DNA from: an uncultured bacterium
Lineage (GTDB): Bacteria; Krumholzibacteriota; Krumholzibacteriia; Krumholzibacteriales; WJIX01
Reading direction: 5' to 3'
DNA: 64,000 nt
Assembly (NCBI GenBank): GCA_964488475.1
Contig: CAZAUK010000015.1
Location: forward strand, 1,751-65,750
The notes under the pieces are model-generated. The model saw only the letters and a program-made list of their open reading frames with translations, made no database searches and was not told the DNA's origin. Shown here piece after piece: positions 50,526 to 61,555 of the stretch; position 1 is the first letter of the stretch, and each line of letters begins with the position of its first letter. A program made the translations under genes and the position numbers.

Positions 50526-53411
50526 TTGAGACTACTTTTAGCATCCCATAGGGCGGGAACGATAGCGCTGGTTGTCGCCGCGCTGTTTTCGCTGACTCTT
50601 CTCGCGGCGGCGAATTCATCGGCGGGAGTCATCTCACCGAGAGACGGAGCCTCGATTCCCGAAGAACTCAAAAGGCTGCTTCGCAACCACCGCGATTCCG
50701 GAATAATAGCTCCCGAGCACAGATGGGCCGATAGACGCAAGGACATACCCTTCTACGAAAGAGAAGACCCCCGTCTTATGCGGCTCTCGGCGGAAAGGCC
50801 CCTTCTGGAAAGGGGCGGTGTGCTTTCCGGGGTTTTGAATATTCCTGTTATAATGGGGCTTTTCAGCGGTGTTTCCTCTTCGATAGATTCTGTTTTGTTG
50901 GAAAAGGAACTGTTCACCGGGCCCTGGAATTCAGGGACCATGAGGGAATATTATCTGGAGAACTCGGGAGGGCTGCTGGAGGTGACCGGCGAAGTTCTGG
51001 GATGGAGGCAGCTGGATTTTGACGAGGTTTATTACTCCGGTGGGTTTGGAAGCTGGGGACTGGATCCTGGGGCTGCCCGGACCGGCGAATATATCCAAGA
51101 CGCTGTCTTATCGGTAGATGGTTTTGTGGACTTCGGTGATTTTGACAATGACGGTCCTGACGGAGTTCCAAATTCCGGTGATGACGACGGGTACGTGGAT
51201 GTTCTTATACTGGTCACTCCCACAATGGGCGCCGAGTGCGATGACTTCTCCAATCACTTCTGGTCTCACTCATGGAGATACTCGGCCTGGAATGATCAGG
51301 GGGGACCTCTAAGCACCGCCGACCCTTCGGCGTCGGGAGGGATGATCAAGGTGGAGGATTATATAATAGTGCCTTCGATATCCTGCGACGCTTCCGCCGG
51401 AAGCGGATCGGCCGAAGATACTATCATAGAGATCGGCGTATTCTGCCATGAGCTCGGCCATTCCCTTGGACTGGTCGATCTATACGATACGGGATATTAC
51501 GGCACGGGGATAGGTTACTGGGGCCTGATGGGTTATGGAGCGTGGAACAAGCCCGAATCGCCCGCCCATCTCTGCGCCTGGTCGAAGGAAAGGCTGGGAT
51601 GGGTGGATGTCATCGAAGCGGGTTATCAGACCCGGACTATCGCCGTGGAGCCGGTGGCCAGGTCGCGGACGGTGGTCAAGATGGAGATTCCCGTAACCAA
51701 GTTCTCAAGACGGGAATGCCCTCTGGGTTCTGGTGAATATTCTCTTCTGTGCGGATGCGGATTGGCAGAGGCGAGTTCCCGTGACTGGCCGAGGGGGGCC
51801 GGTTACGGAAACGGCTGGAATGAATCAGTGAAGCGCAGTTTCGATTATTCCAGTTCTTCGCCGTGCGTCCTGACCTGGGACCTTGATGTAGACATCGAAG
51901 AGGGCTTCGATTACGGTTACCTGGTTTTGGAGGTTAACGGCGCCGAGGATACTCTGGCCGCTTACACCGGACGGATCTCGATAATATCGGAAAGCATAGA
52001 CCTTTCCGAGTACCTGCCGCCGCCTCCGGGAACTTTCACGCTGCGATTTGATTTTGCGTCCGACTATTCGGTAAGCGACGAGGACGGAGAGTACGATTCA
52101 GATGGTTGCTCTGTGTTCAGGATTGACAACATAGAGGTCAGCGGGAGTGGTATAGATTACTTCTGCGATTTTCAGTCGCACGCCGGAGGATGGAGGTATG
52201 TCTACCCCGGGACCGAATATTTCCTCGCTTCCAACCGTAGCAGGGCAGGCTTCGACCGGTATCTTCTGGAGGAGGGGCTGCTGATCTGGCATGCCGACAA
52301 TTACGTAGCCTACTCAGCGCTGGCAAATACCGGCGGAACTTTGAATGGCCAGGCCAGGGGAGTGGTCCTGGAAGAAGCTGACGGCAGGTACGATCTGCTG
52401 TACGCGGTGAATAATGTGGGAGACAAGAGTGATCCTTATCCCGGGCTTACCGGCAATACCAGCTTCGGTTTAAACACTTCACCAAATAGCAGGAGCAACG
52501 GTGGGAACCCCACCCCGGTCTCGATAGAAAATATCTCTTTCAGCTTTGATAATATCAGCGCAGATTATACCGCTGGTTTTCCAGCCCCACACATAACCGG
52601 TGTTTTCCCTCAAACTATCGACAAGGAGGGCTACTCGAATTCTATTCTCATAGAAGTCACCGGTCTGAACATCCGTTTTACGCCGAAGTGCGTGCTGAAA
52701 AAAGGCCGGAAGGAGATTCCCGCCGGTGAGGTCGTCTGGTTAGGACAGGAGAAGATCATAGCGGATTTCGATTCCGGACCGCTGACCGCCGGTTACTGGG
52801 ATCTTCATCTCGAGAATCCCGACGGGAACACCGCGTCACTTCAGGAAGGACTCTTTGTAAATTCCATCTACCTCTACGCCAGGGCTTTTTCAAAGAATGG
52901 ATATATAGGGTTGGAATGGGAAGTGGAGGGGGATCTTCCCTGCCAGGCGATGGTCTACAGATCTGGACAGGGGGGCGATTTCGATCAAATAACATCGGAG
53001 CCCCTGGCCGGCTCCGGCGGCATGTTCAGTTACAGGGATACCGGGGTAGAGCCTTCGACTCAATATTCATACCGGATAGTCACCACGGTGGATGAAAGGA
53101 CCGAGGAGATTCTCCTTGCCGGGCCTTACCAGATCCAGGAAAGAGCACTGACCCTCTTTCAGAATCATCCCAATCCTTTCAGCGACCAGACCACCCTGGA
53201 GTTTTATCTTCCCGGTGACATGGAAGTGGAATTCTTCCTGTACGACGCTTTGGGAAGGAGGGTGGACGGGATTCGCGGGAAGACCTATTCGAAGGGATAC
53301 AACGCCGTATCCTACAGGCCCGGTCGGGACAAGATTCCACCCGGCCTCTATTTTCTGGCTCTGGAAGGCGGCGGCAATCGGGAAGTTATCAAGATCGTCG
53401 TCATAAGGTAG
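50526..53411 (+). CDS. secreted M6-family (immune inhibitor A-like) zinc metalloprotease with C-terminal T9SS (Por) sorting domain
   Basis: HELGHSLGLVDLYD zinc-binding motif. 961 aa. Signal peptide. C-terminal ~80 aa (NHPNPFSDQTTLEFYLP...VEFFLYDALGRRV...GLYFLALEGGG...IKIVVIR) match the Por secretion-tail domain. Confidence 0.75.
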   Translation: MRLLLASHRAGTIALVVAALFSLTLLAAANSSAGVISPRDGASIPEELKRLLRNHRDSGIIAPEHRWADRRKDIPFYEREDPRLMRLSAERPLLERGGVLSGVLNIPVIMGLFSGVSSSIDSVLLEKELFTGPWNSGTMREYYLENSGGLLEVTGEVLGWRQLDFDEVYYSGGFGSWGLDPGAARTGEYIQDAVLSVDGFVDFGDFDNDGPDGVPNSGDDDGYVDVLILVTPTMGAECDDFSNHFWSHSWRYSAWNDQGGPLSTADPSASGGMIKVEDYIIVPSISCDASAGSGSAEDTIIEIGVFCHELGHSLGLVDLYDTGYYGTGIGYWGLMGYGAWNKPESPAHLCAWSKERLGWVDVIEAGYQTRTIAVEPVARSRTVVKMEIPVTKFSRRECPLGSGEYSLLCGCGLAEASSRDWPRGAGYGNGWNESVKRSFDYSSSSPCVLTWDLDVDIEEGFDYGYLVLEVNGAEDTLAAYTGRISIISESIDLSEYLPPPPGTFTLRFDFASDYSVSDEDGEYDSDGCSVFRIDNIEVSGSGIDYFCDFQSHAGGWRYVYPGTEYFLASNRSRAGFDRYLLEEGLLIWHADNYVAYSALANTGGTLNGQARGVVLEEADGRYDLLYAVNNVGDKSDPYPGLTGNTSFGLNTSPNSRSNGGNPTPVSIENISFSFDNISADYTAGFPAPHITGVFPQTIDKEGYSNSILIEVTGLNIRFTPKCVLKKGRKEIPAGEVVWLGQEKIIADFDSGPLTAGYWDLHLENPDGNTASLQEGLFVNSIYLYARAFSKNGYIGLEWEVEGDLPCQAMVYRSGQGGDFDQITSEPLAGSGGMFSYRDTGVEPSTQYSYRIVTTVDERTEEILLAGPYQIQERALTLFQNHPNPFSDQTTLEFYLPGDMEVEFFLYDALGRRVDGIRGKTYSKGYNAVSYRPGRDKIPPGLYFLALEGGGNREVIKIVVIR

Positions 53412-53517
53412 GATGAAAACGGATCCGCTTTTACGGCCCGGGCAGTGCCGGACCCACCGGATATTTTCATAGATATTCAAGCGCTGTTTCCAATTGAAAG
53501 ATAGGGGACGCCGGCTC

Positions 53518-54138
53518 TCAGAAAAGGTAGGAGGCGCCTAGAGCGAGGTTTATGTTGGTGAACTGCCGCTCGCTCTGGGTTATCGACTCCCGGTCGTAGA
53601 AGTACACCCTGTAGCGGTAAGGGGTCGCCAGAATCGTAATCCTTAACCTGAATATTATACTTTTCGAAAATCTCTTGGAAGCGCCCGCCCCTGCGCTGAG
53701 GTAGAACGCTGTCTGGGTCGGCCTGAACTTTTCGGTGACCGTCTCGGCGGCGGGGTTTGCGCTGATAAAGGCTATTCCCAAGGTCAGCTCGGGATCGATA
53801 ATAAAACCACTCATGGGATTTATCCTTACATTGATCTGATTCTTGAATCCCTCCAGCCTGTGGACATCGGTATCCGCCGAGTACAGGCCGACCGCATTCT
53901 CAAGATGTATATTTTTTATGATTTTTATGCTTACTCTGGTGTCTATGCCGGGGGCGTATTCAGCGCCGAAGAAAGATGAATCGAATCTGTAGAATGAAGG
54001 ATATATGCCGATCTCAAATCGCGAGCCGCTGCTTCCTCTGTGATCATTAGATTCAGCGAGAGCGCCGGGCGGGGCTGTTGCCCCCATCATTATAACAACA
54101 AGAGCGGATAGAAGGATCTTGATCGCGGTTTTGAGCAA
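53518..54138 (-). CDS. outer-membrane beta-barrel protein (OmpW/PorT-like small barrel)
   Basis: Signal peptide. Alternating hydrophobic beta-strand pattern. C-terminal aromatic residue (..GASYLF). 206 aa. Confidence 0.5.
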   Translation of the reverse strand: MLKTAIKILLSALVVIMMGATAPPGALAESNDHRGSSGSRFEIGIYPSFYRFDSSFFGAEYAPGIDTRVSIKIIKNIHLENAVGLYSADTDVHRLEGFKNQINVRINPMSGFIIDPELTLGIAFISANPAAETVTEKFRPTQTAFYLSAGAGASKRFSKSIIFRLRITILATPYRYRVYFYDRESITQSERQFTNINLALGASYLF

Positions 54139-54299
54139 TTCCGATTTTCACTTTCGTTTTGGCGGGGTCCCGTCAGAGGGAGAAACAAACAACGGCCTGA
54201 TTAAATATACAAATATTATATTCTAATTGAAAACAAAAAGTTTATTAAGTGCTAAAAGCCGGTCGCTCGGTGATGATTGGATGACAGATACCGCGGATA

Positions 54300-57020
54300 C
54301 TAGTTTACCACCAGCACGGAGTTGCTTCCTCCGAACCCGTCGGGTTCTTCGAGCACAGTAGAGGGGTCGGTGACGCGGATTTTTTTATCTATCAGAAATT
54401 TGTAAGAGTATTTACCGGGAGAAAGGACTATGGCGGCGCTCCACAGGCCATCTTTCACTTCCTTCATCGGCGTCGCTTCGGGGTCCCAGTTGTTGAAAGA
54501 GCCTATAACGTAGACGCTGCTGCAGTCCCCGCGCTCGAGGGTAAAAATTATCTCCTGCGGGCTTTGAGGTGACCGGCCGGAGCGGACTGATTCCGGGCGC
54601 TCGCCGCTGAGGGAGGCGTACTCTGTCACGATCTCGCTCAGTCCGTTTTCAATAATCGAAACCGGCAGTCCGCTCTCATCAAATATTTCAAAGAGAACCG
54701 GGCTGGGGTCTTTGGTCCACCGGGCAGCTATCAGCACGGAGTTGGGTCCTTTTCTCAACTTTGTGGGGGTAGTCTGTCCCAGGGGCTTGGAGGATGAAAC
54801 GACTTCGGTTCCGTTGATCCAAAGAGAGGAGATATTTTCTGTCTCGAATTTGGCGAAGACCTTCTTGTCCTGGGGAAGCTCAAGAAGGGTATAGAGAAGG
54901 CAGCAGCTTTCTATGCCGGCACCGTCAAAGCGTTTCAGAAGAACTTCCCCGTCTTCGCCGATCGCTCCCAGAGGAACCCTTTGCCATCTCACCGGGTATC
55001 CCTTACTCCCTTCGCGCTGAATACCCAGGTCGTCCTGATATTCCAAGCCGTTTTCCATTATCCATTCAGTGTCTCCAAGCGGGCCGAGATGCAGCCACTT
55101 TAAGGGCATGACCAGCCTGTCCCTGAACTCGGATATGATTCTGCCGCTCAGGTAGACTCGCAGAGAAAAGGGATAATTACCAGGCGCTATATAGCCGGAG
55201 CCGTTGACCTTAATCGGCAGTTCAGTTGTGGAAGAGCCGGCTTCCACCATGAACTTGGCAGGCATAGGGGGCTCACTTCGAAGCGGGTCGCAGAAAACTC
55301 CCTCTACCGAACCTCTTATCCTGTTTATCGAGTTGAATCTGATGACCAGGTTCAGGGGAAGGGTCTTTCTTAACTTTCTTCCCCTGGGGAAATTCAGAAA
55401 GACCTCGTAAGCTTCCTTTATGGAAAGGGCTTTTCTCTGATGAATCTCGATTCTTTCTCCATCGCATAAAAAGTCCAGGAAAAGGGGCAGCTCCACTATA
55501 CCCGGCTCAGTAGGGGGTGGAAGGGAAAAGGATTCGCTGAAGGTGACAGCCGCTCCCCCCGAATCTATTCTGACCACCTCAGAATTTCCCGTATTCCACC
55601 TGAAGCCAGCTATCTGTAAGTAAGCTCTCTTTATATCATGTTTATTGACATTCGATTGTAGGGACGCCTTAAAGTCGATTCTCTCACCTGAAAGAATTGG
55701 TTCTGTGGGTAGATGTATTCTAAATGCAAGGCCGGCGCCTCTTTCCAGTTTTTCCGATAGTACCGCCTTTGATCTCATGAGTTCCTTGACCGATATATCG
55801 AGTGACTGGGTCAGGATTCCCCTTACTCTGGGAGACAGCTTCTTCCATTTGAACTCGTCTACTGTCCGCCAGAGGTCATTTCCGCTGGCCAGGCCTGATT
55901 TGAGATCTGACATTCGAGCTAGAAGGCGGTTTATTATCGAGAGAGTCTTCGAATAGGTTTCAAGATCGATATACTTGCCGGACATAGTCATGGCCAGCGT
56001 GTCGACTTCGCTTACCAGAAGCGCCATTTCCTTCTTGGGAAGGATCTTTTTCTGAGCCATCAGCCTTGAAAAGTGCCATAGAGCCTGAATACCCGGCCTT
56101 CGGTCAAGAAGCCTGTCACCGACTTCGATCCTTTCGTCGAACATATCCATCCAGTACCGCCTGGAGGACGGTTTTTGTCCAGAGTCAAGTTTCGAGGCCG
56201 TCGAGAAGAGGAGACCGAGATATTCGGGCTGGTTGAGCTCTTCCACATTGGAGAGAAGATCCAGTATTAGAAGCCGGTGAAAACGGGATGAGATGAAAAG
56301 ATCCTCGGGGTCCGCCTGGCTGCTGTTCTTCCATCCCTGGACGCAGGTGGTGAATATCCTTCTTCTTGATATGTCATCCAGCCTCGGGTCCAGTATCAGG
56401 GGAATAAGTTCCTGGGGCATATAGCTTTCCCTGTATTTACCTCTGTGGTTTATGGGAAAGAAGCAGTCCCGGTTGTAGTTGTAGAAGGTTCCCGTGATTT
56501 TTTTGGATAGCTCCTCCTGCCATATCTTGAATTCCAGAGCGTCGGAGTGCTTTCCAAGCCTGGAAGCGATCAAAAAGAGGGTGTAGATCTCGAGGTTGCC
56601 TAGACCGTTGAGGTAGGGGGAGAGATATATCTCGTCGTTCCTCTCTCCGGAGGAAGATCCAAGAAATAGACCGGAATCGCTGAAACCGGCGCTTTGATAT
56701 CTTTTCAGTACTATGCCCGCTATTCTTGGATAGAAGGTTTCGAGCAGGCGGATATCATCTTCCAGAAGATAGTATGACGCAATGGCAAAAATCGGTGTTT
56801 CCCTTACAGGAGCAAGGGGGCTTGATTTTGAAATGCTCTCGATTCCCTCTCCACTCTGAAGAAAAGTGATGAGCTGCTGGCGAAGTATGAGGCTGTTTGA
56901 ATCAGTAGCCGCCAGCAGCGGACCAGCCCATAGGACCAGAGAAATGCAGACAAGCGGCACCGCAAAAAAATATTTTTTAAATTGGTAAATCATCACGAAA
57001 AATGTTAAAAGTTTCTCCAT
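54300..57020 (-). CDS. large secreted protein (906 aa) with C-terminal CBM48/AMPK-beta glycogen-binding-like E-set domain
   Basis: Signal peptide. C-terminal VYVIGSFNNWDPEATPMKEVKDGLWSAAIVLSPGKYSYKFLID matches the CBM48 / isoamylase-N early-set fold. Upstream ~750 aa unassigned. Confidence 0.5.
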   Translation of the reverse strand: MEKLLTFFVMIYQFKKYFFAVPLVCISLVLWAGPLLAATDSNSLILRQQLITFLQSGEGIESISKSSPLAPVRETPIFAIASYYLLEDDIRLLETFYPRIAGIVLKRYQSAGFSDSGLFLGSSSGERNDEIYLSPYLNGLGNLEIYTLFLIASRLGKHSDALEFKIWQEELSKKITGTFYNYNRDCFFPINHRGKYRESYMPQELIPLILDPRLDDISRRRIFTTCVQGWKNSSQADPEDLFISSRFHRLLILDLLSNVEELNQPEYLGLLFSTASKLDSGQKPSSRRYWMDMFDERIEVGDRLLDRRPGIQALWHFSRLMAQKKILPKKEMALLVSEVDTLAMTMSGKYIDLETYSKTLSIINRLLARMSDLKSGLASGNDLWRTVDEFKWKKLSPRVRGILTQSLDISVKELMRSKAVLSEKLERGAGLAFRIHLPTEPILSGERIDFKASLQSNVNKHDIKRAYLQIAGFRWNTGNSEVVRIDSGGAAVTFSESFSLPPPTEPGIVELPLFLDFLCDGERIEIHQRKALSIKEAYEVFLNFPRGRKLRKTLPLNLVIRFNSINRIRGSVEGVFCDPLRSEPPMPAKFMVEAGSSTTELPIKVNGSGYIAPGNYPFSLRVYLSGRIISEFRDRLVMPLKWLHLGPLGDTEWIMENGLEYQDDLGIQREGSKGYPVRWQRVPLGAIGEDGEVLLKRFDGAGIESCCLLYTLLELPQDKKVFAKFETENISSLWINGTEVVSSSKPLGQTTPTKLRKGPNSVLIAARWTKDPSPVLFEIFDESGLPVSIIENGLSEIVTEYASLSGERPESVRSGRSPQSPQEIIFTLERGDCSSVYVIGSFNNWDPEATPMKEVKDGLWSAAIVLSPGKYSYKFLIDKKIRVTDPSTVLEEPDGFGGSNSVLVVN

Positions 57021-57186
57021 ATGTCGTATGCTTTAACAAGTTATATCACGCTATCCGGTCTAAAGGCCCGTGGTATCCCCCGGTAGCCAAAGCGCCCTGG
57101 GGGAGCGCGGCTGAATATGTTAAAGTCCTAACTATGCATTGTATATGCCAGTTTTTGTCTTTTTACGGCTTGAAAGGAGAAAATAA

Positions 57187-57969
57187 ATGGGATACGAGTT
57201 TATCAGGTTTGAAAAGCAGAAAGATATTGCCAGAGTCAGCATTAACCGTCCCGATAAGCTTAATGCTCTTAATATCGGAACTGTCAAGGAGCTCCTGGAC
57301 GCCTTCGAAAAAATAAGGGAGGATGAATCTGTCAGGGTAGCCGTACTCTGCGGTGAAGGGGGAAAAGCCTTCGCGGCCGGCGCTGATATAGCCGAGCTGC
57401 AGAAACAGGATATGCTGGATGGAAAAGAATTTTCTGCCCGGGGGCACCGTCTTTGCAACCTTATCGAGAACCTGGGGAAACCTGTCATAGCGATGATCGA
57501 CGGTTTCGCTCTGGGAGGGGGGTGCGAGATAGCCATGGCCTGTACGCTTAGAATAGCAAGTGAAAAAGCCAAGCTGGGACAGCCTGAGATAAACCTAGGC
57601 ACAATACCAGGTTATGGAGGTACCCAGAGGCTGGCCAGGCTCGTGCCGAGGGGAGTGGCGATGGAACTCGTCCTGACTGGAAGGGTATTAGGGGCTGACG
57701 AGGCCCTCAGGCTGGGGCTGGTCAACAAAGTGTCTGAAAGCGGGGAATTAGAAGAAGAAGTGCTTAAATTAGCCGGCCAGCTGGCCTCCAAGCCGCCGGT
57801 GGCGGCAAGAGCTTGCATGGAGGCCGTAAATCATGGAACGGAGATTTCTTTCGAGGAAGGATGCAGGATCGAGACGAACCTCTTCGCCATGACTTGCGGA
57901 ACAAGGGACATGAAGGAGGGTATGAAGGCCTTCCTGGAAAAGAGAAAAGCTGAGTTCACGGGGAAATGA
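57187..57969 (+). CDS. crt: enoyl-CoA hydratase (crotonase)
   Basis: 260 aa. Crotonase-fold motifs (VSINRPDKLNALN; CGEGGKAFAAGADI; MIDGFALGGGCEIAMAC). Confidence 0.85.
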   Translation: MGYEFIRFEKQKDIARVSINRPDKLNALNIGTVKELLDAFEKIREDESVRVAVLCGEGGKAFAAGADIAELQKQDMLDGKEFSARGHRLCNLIENLGKPVIAMIDGFALGGGCEIAMACTLRIASEKAKLGQPEINLGTIPGYGGTQRLARLVPRGVAMELVLTGRVLGADEALRLGLVNKVSESGELEEEVLKLAGQLASKPPVAARACMEAVNHGTEISFEEGCRIETNLFAMTCGTRDMKEGMKAFLEKRKAEFTGK

Positions 57970-57973
57970 CCGT

Positions 57974-57994
57974 CTGGCCCCGGTTTGGGGCCGG
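57974..57994 (+). terminator. GC hairpin (CTGGCCCC-GGTTT-GGGGCCGG) after the crotonase gene, followed by a T-rich tract
   Basis: 7/8-bp stem, 5-nt loop. Downstream TGATATTGATTATTGCGTTTT. Confidence 0.35.
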
Positions 57995-58126
57995 GTGATA
58001 TTGATTATTGCGTTTTACCTTTTGAGATATTATCGTAAACCCTGAAACCGGCTGGAATAAAGCGGGTGAATAGCAGAGAACATCAAACTGTTGTTTTATG
58101 ATTTCTCCGGCCGAAGAGGCAGCGCT

Positions 58127-58211
<85 letters not shown>

Positions 58212-58267
58212 GAAACACCGCTTTTACTCGAAATATGTAAATCAAGGATGCTAGATTTGGAGAGGGT

Positions 58268-59575
58268 ATGAAAGAAGACGATATCAAGGTAGAAGTTTCA
58301 AGGAAAGAGGACTGCAGGAGATTGCTCTCGATAGAGATAGGCCCCGAAATGTTCCAGGGCGCTAGAGATCGGGTGCTGGGCGACTTTGTAAAGGAGGCCT
58401 CTGTCCCTGGATTTAGAAGGGGAAAGGTGCCAAGAGATCTGGTCAGCAGAAAGTTCGCTGACGAAATAGAGGCGGAGACACTAAAATCGGTGCTTCCCGC
58501 CGCATATTCACAGGCGGTGAGCACCGAGAAGCTGAGGCCGATCGGAGACCCGGTATTCAAGGATATAGTCGCTGACACCGGAAAGCCGGTGACGTTCTCG
58601 GTCGAGATGGAAGTCGCTCCGGAGTTTGAGATCTCAGACTACTCGGGAATAGAGATCGAACCTGAAAAGGTCGAGATAACCGAAGAAGAGGCCGACAAGG
58701 TGATAGAAAATCTTCGCGACCGTTTCGCGGAGTTCAAAACAGTGGAGCGGGGATGCGTAAACGATGATGTGGCGGTGATAGATTATATGCCTCTGAATGA
58801 AAACGGGGAGCCGGAGGAAGATAAAAAAGTGGAGGACTATCCGGTACATATCGGAGCCGGACAGATATTGCCCGATTTCGAGAAGGAGCTGGCCGGCTGT
58901 GAACCCGGAAAGAGCGGTGAAGTGGAGATATCCTATCCCGAAGATTACAAACCCGCCGAACTGGCCGGCACAAGCATCCGGTACAGGTTCACCGTGAAAG
59001 AGGTCAAGGAAAAGAGTCTTCCACCGCTTAACGATGAACTCGCTTCAAAAGTGGACGAGAAATTTGATAGCCTCGACGATCTGAGAAAGGACGTCAGAGA
59101 GCGCCTGGAAGAGGAAAAAAGCAAAGAGGCCAGGAACAAGGCGCGGGAGGAGGCCATAGACAGGATAATAGAAGAAAATCCCTTTGAGATCCCCCTGAGT
59201 ATGGTGGAGCGCTACGCAGAAGCCATGGTCAAGGAGGCGGAAGAGAGGGGGCAGAGGCCGAAGGGGGATTCGGAGGAGGAGAAACAGGCCAGGGAAAAGC
59301 AGGACGAGGTTTTCAATCGTATAGCGCGAAGGAATATAAAGCGTTATTTCATAATCGATTATATCGCCGGGAAGAAAAAAGTGGAAGCGGGCGATGAAGA
59401 GATAGACGAGAAGATAAAGTCGCTGGCCGAGGGCAGCCAGAGGAGCTTCGAGGAGGTCAGGGATTTCTTCAAGAGCCGGAGCGAATCGTACGAGAATCTG
59501 CGAAGGGGCGTTATTGAGGACAAGGTCTTCGATATAATTCTCGGCGGAAATTTGAACAAAGGAGCTGATAAATGA
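58268..59575 (+). CDS. tig: trigger factor
   Basis: 435 aa. N-terminal ribosome-binding region, FKBP-like PPIase segment, C-terminal arm domain. Conserved tig-clpP-clpX-lon synteny. Confidence 0.9.
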   Translation: MKEDDIKVEVSRKEDCRRLLSIEIGPEMFQGARDRVLGDFVKEASVPGFRRGKVPRDLVSRKFADEIEAETLKSVLPAAYSQAVSTEKLRPIGDPVFKDIVADTGKPVTFSVEMEVAPEFEISDYSGIEIEPEKVEITEEEADKVIENLRDRFAEFKTVERGCVNDDVAVIDYMPLNENGEPEEDKKVEDYPVHIGAGQILPDFEKELAGCEPGKSGEVEISYPEDYKPAELAGTSIRYRFTVKEVKEKSLPPLNDELASKVDEKFDSLDDLRKDVRERLEEEKSKEARNKAREEAIDRIIEENPFEIPLSMVERYAEAMVKEAEERGQRPKGDSEEEKQAREKQDEVFNRIARRNIKRYFIIDYIAGKKKVEAGDEEIDEKIKSLAEGSQRSFEEVRDFFKSRSESYENLRRGVIEDKVFDIILGGNLNKGADK

Positions 59576-60177
59576 GCAAGATCATGAATTTTCCGATTCC
59601 CTGGGTTATAGAGACTGAGGGCCGCGAGTCGAGACAGTACGATATCTACTCCAGACTTCTCAAAGACAGGATCGTTTTCATAGGCCAGGCCATTGAGGAT
59701 AACCTGGCGAACGCCATAATCGCGCAGCTTCTCTTTCTGGAGGCCGAGGACCAGGAAAGGGATATCTTCGTCTATATAAACTGCCCGGGGGGAGTAGTGT
59801 CCTCAGGACTGGCGATCTACGACACCATGCAGTACATATCCTGCGATATAGCAACCATCTGCATGGGCCAGGCGGCCAGCATGGGAGCGGTCCTGCTGGC
59901 GGCGGGGACAAAGAACAAGAGATCGGCTCTTCCTCATTCCAGGGTGATGATACATCAGCCTTCCGGAGGCTCCCAGGGCCAGGCGACCCAGATAGAGATC
60001 TATACCAAGGAGATTCTGAAGCTGAGAGACAGGCTGAATTCTATACTGGCCAAACACACGGGGCAGAAGCTGAAGCGTATCCAGAAGGATTCCGACAGGG
60101 ACTTTTTCATGTCCGCGGAGGAGGCCAAGGAATACGGGGTAGTGGACAATGTGCTGGAGCCCAAGAAGAAGGAATGA
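59572..60177 (+). CDS. clpP: ATP-dependent Clp protease proteolytic subunit
   Basis: Catalytic triad context [14 protein letters not shown] (Ser), H (MIHQPSGG) and D. 201 aa. Confidence 0.95.
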   Translation: MSKIMNFPIPWVIETEGRESRQYDIYSRLLKDRIVFIGQAIEDNLANAIIAQLLFLEAEDQERDIFVYINCPGGVVSSGLAIYDTMQYISCDIATICMGQAASMGAVLLAAGTKNKRSALPHSRVMIHQPSGGSQGQATQIEIYTKEILKLRDRLNSILAKHTGQKLKRIQKDSDRDFFMSAEEAKEYGVVDNVLEPKKKE

Positions 60178-60253
60178 TTTTGCGCGAACTAAAAGGCCTT
60201 AATGTTGTATAATACTAGGTGAGACTCGATAGATCGTATGGAGGCCGATTTTT

Positions 60254-61504
60254 ATGAAGAAGAAAACAGAAACGCCGAGCTCGATAAAATGTTCTTTCTG
60301 CGGAAGAGGGCAGGATGAGGTAAGCAAGCTGGTATCGGGGCCGTCTGTCTATATCTGCAATGAGTGCATAAGCCTGTGCAACAACATACTCGAAGAAGAG
60401 ATGGTCGAATCCGTTTTCCACGATCACGACCACCTTCCTCTACCCAGCGAGATAAAGGATAATCTTGACGCGTATGTCATAGCCCAGGATGATGCCAAGA
60501 AAGCGCTGGCGGTGGCCGTCTACAACCATTACAAGAGGATACAGCACGAGAAGAGCACAGATGACGTGGAGATCGAGAAGAGCAACATTCTTCTGATCGG
60601 GCCCACCGGAGTGGGAAAGACGCTGCTGGCCCAGACCCTGGCCAGGTTCCTGAGGGTCCCTTTCGCCATAGCGGACGCCACCAGCCTGACGGAGGCGGGG
60701 TACGTGGGGGAGGACGTCGAGAACATCCTGGTAAGGCTTCTTCAGAGCGCGGACTACAACCTGATGTCGTCTGAGCGGGGAATCATATACATCGACGAGC
60801 TGGACAAGATAGCCCGTAAGAGCGAGAATCCCTCCATCACCAGGGATGTCTCCGGAGAAGGCGTTCAGCAGGCCCTTCTGAAGATTCTGGAAGGAACCGT
60901 GGCCAACGTTCCTCCGCAGGGCGGCAGAAAACATCCCCAGCAGAAGTTCGTGGAGATAGATACCAAGAAGATACTGTTTATATGCGGTGGCGCCTTCCAG
61001 GGCCTGGAAGAGATAGTGGAGAGAAGGATAGGAAGAAAGATAGTAGGATTCGGTACCGACAGGGGCCCGAATTACAAGAAGCAGATCAATGAGATACTGA
61101 CCCATGTCCAGCCGGAAGACCTGATAAGGTACGGGCTGATACCGGAACTGGTCGGCAGGCTTCCCATAATAACTTCCCTACAGGATCTGGACGAAAAGGC
61201 ACTTATAGATATCATGCTTAAACCGCGCAACGCCCTGGCCAAGCAGTATAAGAAGCTGTTCGAGATGGAAGGCGTGGAGCTTGAATTCGCTCCGGGAGCC
61301 CTGAATTCTATCGCCAAAAGGGCGAGAGAGAGAAAGACCGGAGCCAGGGGGCTGCGGGCCATTCTCGAAGATATCATGCTTCAGATCATGTTCGATATTC
61401 CATCACGGCCCAACGTTCGTAAAGTCCAGATCACCAAGGAGACCATCGAGAAAAAGGGCGATCCTGAGATATATCTCGAAGATGACAACAAGAAGAGGGC
61501 TTGA
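60254..61504 (+). CDS. clpX: ATP-dependent Clp protease ATP-binding subunit ClpX
   Basis: N-terminal C4 zinc finger (CSFCGR...CNEC). Walker A GPTGVGKT. Sensor motifs. 416 aa. Confidence 0.95.
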   Translation: MKKKTETPSSIKCSFCGRGQDEVSKLVSGPSVYICNECISLCNNILEEEMVESVFHDHDHLPLPSEIKDNLDAYVIAQDDAKKALAVAVYNHYKRIQHEKSTDDVEIEKSNILLIGPTGVGKTLLAQTLARFLRVPFAIADATSLTEAGYVGEDVENILVRLLQSADYNLMSSERGIIYIDELDKIARKSENPSITRDVSGEGVQQALLKILEGTVANVPPQGGRKHPQQKFVEIDTKKILFICGGAFQGLEEIVERRIGRKIVGFGTDRGPNYKKQINEILTHVQPEDLIRYGLIPELVGRLPIITSLQDLDEKALIDIMLKPRNALAKQYKKLFEMEGVELEFAPGALNSIAKRARERKTGARGLRAILEDIMLQIMFDIPSRPNVRKVQITKETIEKKGDPEIYLEDDNKKRA

Positions 61505-61555
61505 GGCGGAAAAGCGAACGGGCGGATTTAGTAAACCCTGAAAAAACGGAGAATA

